Assembly (NCBI RefSeq): GCF_006345805.1
Contig: NC_042997.1
Location: forward strand, 136,524,001-136,588,000
DNA length: 64,000 bases
Direction of reading: 5' to 3'
DNA from: Octopus sinensis
Lineage: Eukaryota
The notes below the pieces were generated by a model, which worked only from the letters and a program-made list of their open reading frames with translations, ran no database searches and was not told the origin of the DNA. Position 1 is the first letter of the stretch. Each line of letters begins with the position of its first letter. Both the position numbers and the translations under genes were made by a program. Positions 54,600 through 64,000 of this stretch are shown here, one piece after another.

Positions 54600-55759
54600 G
54601 TTTATTCTTCAAAATATTCCCTATCATATTCTATTATCTGTTGCCATTGTGGTGCCTGAAGCTCAATTCCATGCTTATACCAATTGGGTGGTTTAGAAGC
54701 CAAAAAAAACTCCCTACACCCCTTTTCAATCTCATTCACATTTTTGTCTGACGGCGTGGTAATTTGATGGTACAAGTCTGAAGTGGGAGGAAGCATTTCC
54801 AGCCGTTCAAGTTCCTCCTGTTTGCGCTTGGTCACATTAGCAGTGTATGTTGCAGAGAGTGCACATCTTCAATTGGCTAATGCCGAGTAGCAAGCTTTCA
54901 AAAGTATCAAATACTCGCCGCATTTGTTGAGCATAAAGGTTAACGATCACAGCATGACCATCTAGGACAAGCACAAAGTGCAACACGTCCTCGATATTCC
55001 ATCAATCGCACAACATGAACTTCTGTTCAATCCGCTCTTCTTTGACTACAAGTTCTGAAGCCTTGCCGAAATGAAGCCACTCAATTTTCTTATTAATGTT
55101 ACGAAAACAGATTCATTTTTCATCCCCAGTTACAAGTCAACGCTAAGAACGAACATCACGAGGATTTACCAGCAGTTATTTGCAAGTGTTCACACATCGT
55201 TACCTTTGTCATTGGTTAGTTCATGTGGAGTTTCCCGACAGTGCCTGTTCGGAAATCTGAGCTTATGGCAGTGTGAATTGACGGTGCTTTGTGAAGGATC
55301 AAGTTCTGCCGTCAATGTATGAATGATTGTGCTTGGCTGTTCAACTATATCAAGCAAGGTTTCATTTTCCACAACAGAAGGTCTCCCTGACCTTGGTTTA
55401 TCTTCACGGCTGGTGTCACCTTCCTTGAAACGTCTCAACCAGTTTTATGCCACACATTCGCTAACAGTTCCTAGCCTTCCATGTCAATAATTTGTGCTGC
55501 CGCTGGCTTTGCACTCAGTCCATTTTCCCACAGGTAACGTAAAGTGGCTTTAACTGCATCTTTCTCACTGCTCATTATCAAAGTTGTAGAAGAAAGAATA
55601 AACAATTAATGGTTATATGTTATATATGAAAATAAAGAATGAACAATCCAACAACGAATGAGCAACAACTTATATCAAATTAATGATATAACACGGGGAT
55701 ACAAGTTGCCAAAAATCATCAGTGAAAATCCGAAAAAGAAACTTTTGACTCAACCCGGT
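54600..55759 (-). mobile_element. Decayed mariner transposon (same family as 40163-41332)
   Basis: RRFKEGDTSREDKPRSGRPSVVENETLL; collinear with the first copy; left end truncated. Confidence 0.8.
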
Positions 55760-55796
55760 ATGTATACTTGTGTCGAAATAGTCACTGATTTCCATA

Positions 55797-55930
55797 TACC
55801 GCTAGCAGTGAGATTTGAACTGTATGCGGGTACTGGATGTCTGCTACTGAAGAGACGGGGCACGTTGAAATCACGTGATTAGGAAGATTTGGTACCCGTA
55901 GCAGACGATTCTCGACTGCCAGCGATATAG
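55797..55930. mobile_element. Small MITE-like inverted-repeat element
   Basis: ccgctagcagtgag...gtctgctac on the left pairs with gtagcagacgattctcgactgccagcg on the right; the left arm carries a short insertion. Confidence 0.5.
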
Positions 55931-56025
55931 ATACTTATACTTTTATGCATCATGCGTCCATATGAAAGGTCATCACAGGGTGGATAATGCAGTGATCGGC
56001 GCTCTAACAACACATCCACGTTAAG

Positions 56026-56065
<40 letters not shown>

Positions 56066-56431
56066 TATATAGCATATTGAATATTGTTTGTTTTGCATTG
56101 TGTTGATATTGGTTTTTTAAGCCAACCAATGGCAACACAATACCCACTCCATAATATAACCTATAACCTGTTTACAGTATTTGCGTAATAAACTGTCCAT
56201 CGATTGTATATTTGCTAATAAAAACAAAATGAATAGAAACAAAATTATAGACACTAAAATCTATATACGTAAGAAAAAAACTGAAAGTGTATGTATTTTA
56301 TAAAAACTGGTTTTTCAATCAACCTCAAAAATAACATCGGAAAATGTTTGAATTTAGTTTTTGGTTAGAACATATTTATCAATATACAGTAAATATACCT
56401 ATATATATGTACATTTATGTAAGCTTCTATG

Positions 56432-56477
<46 letters not shown>

Positions 56478-56512
56478 GATATTCATTTTCCTTTTTGTAT
56501 ATTTTGTTGACT

Positions 56513-57490
56513 GTATTAGGTTGTCAAGAAAGTTCTTGCGGTTTTTAACCTTTAAATTCAGATGCACATATCTCGGCTCAAACAAAACTTTAGTAATCGA
56601 AATAAACACAATCAGAATCATCACACTTTATCCAACGCGAAACAAGTTTATTTATGCCAGTTGTGTAAAAATCCTGCGTTCTGGTGGCGATGAAGTCGTT
56701 GAAGGCGTGTTTGGCATTATCTTGGTTTTTGAAGCATTTCTCACGCAGGATGTTGTCGAGATGCTTGAAAAAGTGGTAGTCGGTAGGCGAGAGGTCTAGT
56801 GAGTATGGTGGATGAGGAAGAGTTTCGTAGCCCAATTCGTTCAACATTTGCAGGGTCAATTGTGCGACGTGCGGCTGAGCGTTGTCGTCCAGAAAAATTG
56901 ATCCTTTTCTATTGACCAATGCTGGCTGTTGTCGGAGTTTTTTATGTATTTCATCCATTTGCTGACAGTTCTCCGCCGTAATGGTTTCGCTTGGATCCAA
57001 AAAGCTGTGATGGATGAGACCGGCTGCAGACCACAAAACAGTCACCATGACCTTTTGGTGCAACTTTGGCTTCGGAAAGTGGCGTGGAGCTTCATCGACG
57101 TCCAACCAGTGAGCTGAGCGTCGCCGGTTGTCGTAAAGAATCCACTTTTCATCGCAAGTCACAATCCGGTCGAGAAAGAAGGGAAGATGACACTTCAAAA
57201 CGGCGTTTTTTTTTTATATATTTGGTCGTCATTCAATTCGTGCGGCACCCATTTCTCAAGTATTTTTGTCTTTCCAATCTCTTTCACGTGGTTGGAAATT
57301 GTCGTATACGTTACGTCTAATTTAGAAGCAAGCTCTTGAACAGTTGTGCGTGGATTGCCTTCGACTAAGGCTTTTCGTTGATCGTTGTCAACATCCGATG
57401 GCCAACCATTACGCTTATCATCTTCAAGACTCTCGTCACCGCAACGAAATTTTTTGAACCACCATTGTGCTGTACGGTCATTAGTGGTAT
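56513..57490 (-). mobile_element. Mariner transposon (D,D34D; Hsmar1/cecropia-like), internally deleted, one terminal repeat retained
   Basis: WVPHEL, FLDRIVTCDEKWILYDN, DNAQPH...PYSLDLSPTDYHFF with 34-residue spacing; tattaggttgtcaagaaagttcttgcg terminus at 56513. Confidence 0.9.
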
Positions 57491-58899
57491 GCATGTATAA
57501 AGCCCAATGTGCTGCAAAGGGAGATTGAACCGACAACCATGTAGCTGCAATGCAAGTTTCTTAACCACAAAGTCATTTTTTCACCTGCTATGTGTGCGTG
57601 CGTTTGTGCGTGCGTATGTATGTATGTATGTATGTATGTATGTATGTATGTATGTATGTATGTATGTATGTATTTATGTATGTATGTATGTATGTATGTA
57701 TGTATGTATGTATGCATGCATGCATGTATGTATACGTATAAGTATATATAACCTTTTATTATTTTGAGTAGTGTCCAAATTTATTGTGGTTTCATGCATT
57801 TAATCATTTATTGCACTGCTTAACCTTTTTTTATAATTTTGATAGTTCTGTCATTTATTTTAATTTTCTGTTCATAATGGGTGTTTTGTGGGAGGGACGG
57901 TCAATGTCAGTTGCTGGTTTTCTTTTGCTTTATTTTTTTTATTTGTTTCCTTTCTTTCCTTTTACATAATGGACTTTTTCTTCCAATTCTGTCAAAAGTC
58001 GTGTTTCTATTGTTACCCGTTGTTGTTGCTATTGTTGTAATTGTTGTTCCTACATTTTGCTCTTACTTTTCGATTAGGATTTATTAATTGGTTTCAAAAA
58101 AAAAGATATCTGTTCGCCTTGTTCTCATTTGTATTGTTGTTGGTGATGATGATGAGGAGGAGGAGGAGAGGAGAGGAAGGAGCAAGAGGAGGAGGATTAT
58201 AATTATGATTATGATGATGGTGGGTGTAATTATAATAGTTGTTGCTGTGATTTGTTGTTTAATTTTGTGCACTGAGTGAAGGGGCGAATTTAATTAGTTT
58301 CTTCACGATTTTCTCTTTCTTTTGTGACGTTTATTATTCCAAACGCCATTACACTCGCCATCATTCATCGTCGTCGTCGTCATCGTCGTCATCATCCTCA
58401 TCGTCATCATCGACAACATATTCACCATCATTATTGGTATTATTACTATTGTTATCGTTGTTATATTTTTCCACGCCAATGTTTACGTGTTTTGTAATTG
58501 ATACTGGGGGGATTGTTGATGTACATTAAGTCTGAAATTCTGTCGCAAAGTGTCATATTGGTGCTTAGCGTCATATATGGTTATTGTTTGTTTATCCTAC
58601 GTCAACCCTGATAAAAAAAACCTATGATCAAAGACGCACTAGTCGTAACCATCGCATTGTCTCTTGTTTACCTAGGAATACATTATCCAATGTGTCTTTA
58701 CTCCTTTTTATTAAGCTATTAAATGATGATTAGGCTGTTATATCACACAGGTCGAGCAACCACGTAGGAGATTCACTGTTTTAAGGAAAGGCTGGTTCCC
58801 ACAAATCTTGTACTTCGACGCTTTAGATCTGGGATTTCATTTCAGACATTATTCATTTCTTTTGTTTACATTTCTTCAGATTTACGATGCAAGTTGACA

Positions 58900-60790
58900 A
58901 TTTCAGAATGATTATATTCAGTAGTTTCTGCTATGTTCGCTGAATATAGAATTGATTCACCCCCATCTCTTCCTCAGTCAGCACAGTATTCCTGTCCGTC
59001 TAATTCACATCATTCATCGCTTTATCAGGCTTTCGTTGCTAATTCGGACAATCGTAATTTTCAGAGCCTCCCGAGCCGAGAAGTGCACTCTTTACTGTGA
59101 ATTCGTTCTTTTCATCACAAGTCGATAGAGTTGAACTGCTGCTCGTAGCTCATGGCCAGCTTTGAACTGGAAGAAGAAACTATTCGGTTTCTCGTTACTC
59201 TACCTTAATTGTACCTAGTGTCAGTGACATTAAGAATAAGATGATTCTTTTTTTATTGTCTATGTTTCCGCCATTGCAATCCTCGAAGCTGTAACTGGTA
59301 GTTTTATGGAAACTGTGACAGCAATGGCCATAACGTTGTAATCATCTCTGCTGCTATCTACCGCCCTCCATATTTTTTTGTTTTCTTCAAGGCAGTAGCA
59401 ACACGTAGCAACTGGGCTTTATTATCTCCACCACTAGTTTAACTGGCTTCCTCTATCTTCCCTCAGTAGGATTATAACTCCAGTATAACTCATAAGACCA
59501 TCGAGGAGTTAAGACCTGAAGGTCAGTGCAGGTCATATCCTCACATATCACATGTTCATACTATTGCATAAAGGTGACGGCAAACTAATAGATAATGCCC
59601 ATACCAATATCTCTAACCGTGATCCTCATCTACCTTGAAACCCATGTCCTGATGTACCAGTTATTTGGTAGGTATAGGTACGTGATAGAGTACCTCTACA
59701 TGTCTTTTCGCCTTATTGACAAGATGCATGCTTCCATATTCCCACTGTAGTCAAAAAACATACTGAAGAACATCAGCCAGTGTTGCTTCAAACTCCTCTT
59801 TTGAGGTCATAAGGAAACTCCTGCTGTTATTCACAACAATAATAATCCTCAAGATGATGGAATGCAAAAATTAGATTTCATTATTTTAAGAGAGGGAACT
59901 AGGGGTATCAGTTGTTGCTAGATAGTGGGAATTAATGTTGCAGTGGCTGTTGGTGGTGGTGGTGGTCTTTCTGTTGTTTTTGTTGATGTTGCAGGTCATG
60001 TTGTTGGTGATGATGTTGTTGCTATTTGGGCTTTGATGGCCGTTGTTGGTAGATATCTTGGTGTTGGGAGAAGAGAGAGTGTCCTCTTTTTCTTTCAATG
60101 TTGGATAGAGGACTCTTATGTGTGGTGGTCGAAAGGCAACTATGACACTTCTACTCTAATGCCTAGAATGATACTGCCTAAAAGATGTATCTGATCTAGG
60201 ACAGCTTCCACATTTTTTCACTGATCTGGATAAGGAGTTCTATTCCCACTCCCATCAGTTCTATTATCTGATCCGGTAGACTTCGAGGACTTTTGTGCTT
60301 TCTTCGATGTCTTACCGTGAACGCAGTATTTAGCCAAGGAATGTCTACCCCTGACGGCACCTACTGGATGCAGAAGCTTGCCAGTCTCTGGTCTCAGTAG
60401 TAAGGGACTAATAAGAGATCCTCGCTTTTCAGGAGTTTATGGAATGAGTGGTCTCCTCCTCTTTTTCAAATCTCACTTCCGTTGTCCGAAACTTCTTTCT
60501 CGTGAGATATACTCTTTTAAATGCTTCTTTTTTTTGTTTTAGCCGCGGTGGCTCTTTCCACTCTTATTGACTTTAATCCAACAGTACGGTACGTCCTTGT
60601 GCGGCATACGGTATTTTGGATGGTGTCGATCTGAGGGTTGAGGTTGACAGTTTGTCCATGTCGCTTTTGTTGATCTCTTTCTCAGAGTCCTTCATTTTTT
60701 GGAAAGGGAGCTTGGTGACACTAGCGAGAGACTAGTTGCCTTTATACCAGATTGTTGGTCTGTTCTGTTGTTGTTGTTATTGTTGCTGTT

Positions 60791-60821
<31 letters not shown>

Positions 60822-61400
60822 TTGTTGCTGCTGCTGCTGCTGCTGATGCTGCTGATGCTGCTGATGCACATATCTTTCTTGGAAGTAGCCCTCATTATGT
60901 TGATGTTGGTATTTGTCATCTCACACACGGATGACTTCGATTTGTTTACGTTTCTATTGCAGTTGTTATTGTTGTTGCTGCTGTTCTCGTTGTTGTCGTT
61001 GTTGTCATTGCCTTTGTTTGTGTTACAGTAGTTAACAATTCTGTCATTTTCCATATTCACAGTCGCATTATTTAAAATAGTATGATTTTGTTGTTTCATT
61101 TCAGTCTTGTCTTCGTTCACCATCTTCATTTCACCTTTTGAAAAGGACCTTCTCTTTCTATGTGATGTATTGCTACGTCGTCCCTTCTCGCTAGTATCCA
61201 TGTTGAAGTTTTTGTTAAAAACTTTTCTGTGAAAATCAAAACTGTCGATACCCACCCCTCGTAGAGGTGTCGTATCAAACCTACAAACCAACATGTGACA
61301 AGCATGTCAGGCCCTCTAAATCTTTGTCGAGTTTAAAGCCCGAACAAAAGGTAGAGTCGCTGATAAACAAACAAAATAACTAACATTCCAGAGCCGATGT
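58900..61400 (-). pseudogene. Decayed low-complexity (N/S/Q/H-rich) coding region; 200-codon open segment at 60692-61294
   Basis: Protein-like text continues downstream across frameshifts, with TAG/TAA inside a Q/H run (...QQRPSKPK*QQHHHQQHDLQHQQKQQKDHHHHQQPLQH*). No domain recognised. Confidence 0.4.
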
Positions 61401-61427
61401 GAAGCCTATCTTCTGCCTCTGAAGTCA

Positions 61428-61930
61428 ATAATAATAATGATGATGCAGTGGCTCTCATGGCTTCTCATGTTAACTGAATGGAAGTGTTATCATGTACATT
61501 ATTTTGTCTTGGTATAAAAGATGGGCTACAGCAAATATTCTGCTCAATACCACAGATTTGCTTGTCAGGTGTTTGACCTTAACCAGTTAGTGGCTGAAGA
61601 TATGTGCATCTCTGGTCACGAGCAGAAGTAGTGGGGAAGTTTCATAACCATGTGTTGAGAGGAATTTGTGGGGGGATAATTCACCTTTAGAAATAATTCA
61701 CCTTTATTCAGGGACCATTTGAGCGGAATAGGCTACTCGACCTGATGAAAGTTCTAACTGGGCCCCACCTGCAAGGTTATTCTCTGTTTATCTTGATATG
61801 AGATCACCATATCGCACACATATGGTTGTGATGCGTGTGCCCTTATCAGACGGTTAGTCATCATGGGTATACTGGGCTTCGTATATTTTACCCAAGTGTC
61901 ATTTTGATGGCATGTACTTCTCTCTCACTT
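61428..61930 (-). mobile_element. Interspersed repeat between (AAT)n tracts, possibly a LINE 3' end
   Basis: Complex sequence bounded on both sides by AAT repeats and recalled as an abundant octopus repeat; no coding motif recognised. Confidence 0.35.
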
Positions 61931-61984
61931 AATAATAATAGTAATAGTAATAATAATAATAATAATAACAACAACAACAACAAC

Positions 61985-62046
<62 letters not shown>
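61931..62046. repeat. (AAT/AAC)n microsatellite
   Basis: Directly visible. Confidence 0.95.
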
Positions 62047-62047
<1 letters not shown>

Positions 62048-64000
62048 TTCTTTATTAACCACAAGGGTTTACATTAAGAAAAGCATTATGGACAGTACAG
62101 GACGAAACAAAGAATGTATGTGTGTTAGTGTGTTGTAAACAAGACTAACAAAATAAAAGGAAAGAAATCAATAATAAGGAGACGTTCGAGGACTGCTAAT
62201 GGAAAAACCCTTTAAAAACCATGGGTACCCTGACTTTTAGGGCAAGTTCCCTTTTTCCTTTCCTTTTTTCCAACTACAGGCGTATGCTCAGGGCAAGCCC
62301 GTTCACTCGCACCATTCTCGCTGCTTTCATCCACATGTCAGCAAACTGGCAAGAAGACAACACTTCCCTCTCTACTCTTATTTTCCTTTTCGAAGTGAAA
62401 CTTGAAGAAGTTCATCAGGGATTGGCCAAAGAGAAAATTGTTTGTCTTCAACCCCTTCAATCTCATTCACCATACAACCTCTTTCGCCATGGAGAAACCC
62501 TCACAACAACACACACACACACTCACACACATGCATTCTTTGTTTTGTCCTGTACTGTCCATAATGAAAGGTCGGGCAGAGGTGACTAACGCGTGTATCG
62601 CGTCCTTGTCTACTATCGCTTGACCGTTGCGCCTTGACCTGGCCACCGTCTGATTACGCTGGAGAGTATGCTCTTCCGCTTCTTGTGGAAGGGACGCGTC
62701 ACGATGGTCAGGTGGCCTACCTGCTGTCAACACCTGCTGCGTGGTAGCTTGGGCTGAAGCTATGACATCTCCAGTGCTTCCTTGGCGGTGAACAGGTGTG
62801 GTCGCCGTTCGCCAGACACGTATATCCGCAGCTAGTTTCTTTCATGGAGCTGCAGTCCTGGGTCAAACAAAAACCGAGGGGAGAATTCGGAAAGTGGAAT
62901 GTCTTCAAGCGCTCACAGCCCTCAGCCAATCGGACACTGCGATAGGTGGAACGTCCACCATAGCTTTTTATAGAGGATTAGTGGAGGAAAAGTGCGACGA
63001 CGTTCTTGGGGAGACCTTGGGCGTCGTAGAAGATCAGCTAGCCGCTCTTTTCCGGAGAACTTTCAGCCCCTGGAACGATGGATAATTTCCAAAAATCTCT
63101 GGCTCGGCAGTGCTACCGGGGAGCTTTGTCTGTTCGAGATAAACTTTACGGGCACAGAAGTGTCGTTAGCCGAGCACGTCCGAGATGCGCGCAAGACGAC
63201 AAGACGGTCCTGCATGCACTTGTCCTATGCCCGAACATTGCTGTGAGTTTATATCGAACACCTGTTGTCGTCTGTGGCACAGATCCAACGTGGAAATCGC
63301 CCTGCTGCCTTCCTTTAACCGGGAAAGAAGGGCTGTGTTTATATGCCTGGTGACCATACTCGGCCCATTTCTGGGTGAGAGTAGTCATCCTGCTCGTTAC
63401 CTCGTCTCAGTTTTTGTCTGTCTGGAGGTCCGGACCAAACCAGACCTCGAGCAATTTAACCGGTCCGTCCAGCACCCAACGACGCAATTGGACGACATGT
63501 AATTGCTTCTCCAGCGGCCGAGATGCAAGCCCACTGATGTTTCCTGGTTAATCATCGCTTCTGAAACCGCCCCATAGTCCCTGAGAGCAATGCCGATCAT
63601 TTCTATGTGTTTATGATCTGACACCATACGGTAACGTCGTCAGCATGTGCCGACACGCATCTTCCACATCCTTGGTCACGTGGGATACTTCCTCTCAACA
63701 CCTCCAATTTGTGTAGTAGTAGCTCGAGAGTCAGTACATACAAGAGAGACGAGAGGGGACACTCTTACCAGACCGAGCGCATGATGTTGAACGGCTCTGA
63801 GAGGTGACTGCTCACTCTGACCTCTGAACAGATGTCGCTGTGCATATATGACCGAAACCAGCTGTCTTGAAGACCTCCACCAGGTATAGATGATCGACTC
63901 TATCGAAAGCTTTAGACTGATCTAAATTGATCAGGGTTCCACTCGTGCCAGGTTCTTTAGCCACTTTCTCAATGATGTATCGCATGGGGTGGAGGTTGTC
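62047..64000 (-). mobile_element. Second, more decayed Tx1/L1-clade LINE with an internal inversion (about 62554-63357); runs off the window
   Basis: Homologous to 42181-44400: minus-strand MAKEVVW...GQSLMNFFKF and LEVWFGPDLQ...QKWAE; plus-strand KGRAEV...RAVFICLV; 3' end aataaagaaa abuts (TTA)n. Confidence 0.88.

Noticed and set aside
55841-55886. Hammerhead-like core CTGAAGA-gacg...cgtt-GAAATCACGTGATT
   Set aside because: Stem I pairs only if the cleavage nucleotide is missing, and the 5' arm is better explained as part of a MITE inverted repeat.
60699-61031. Poly-Leu and poly-Val/Ala plus-strand ORFs
   Set aside because: They are antisense readings of the AAC/AGC repeats in the minus-strand region.

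Overview
Repeat-rich, gene-poor eukaryotic DNA. The SINE, LINE and mariner content and the very high (TA)n/(TG)n/(TATG)n/(GATA)n density suggest an octopod cephalopod (inference from repeat content only). Most listed ORFs are microsatellite translations, and no intact host gene can be supported. Recognisable elements: Penelope-like (PLE) remnants, a decayed Ty3/Gypsy element, CR1/L2-group LINE 3' ends, two Tx1/L1-clade LINEs next to microsatellites, several Tc1/mariner fossils, three tRNA-derived SINE families and a decayed N/Q/H-rich coding region. The most interesting signal is a set of type I hammerhead ribozymes (HHRs) found by eye. Three copies lie in a young 556-bp tandem/inverted array (9588-11174), one in a 423-bp element with inverted ends (2548-2970) and one at 14028-14078, with several decayed relatives elsewhere. 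This suggests a retrozyme-like or PLE-derived non-autonomous RNA-element system. The window also shows two apparent SINE/LINE partnerships, one of them with a Tx1/L1-clade LINE. All structures were folded by hand and family names come from motif memory, not database searches.
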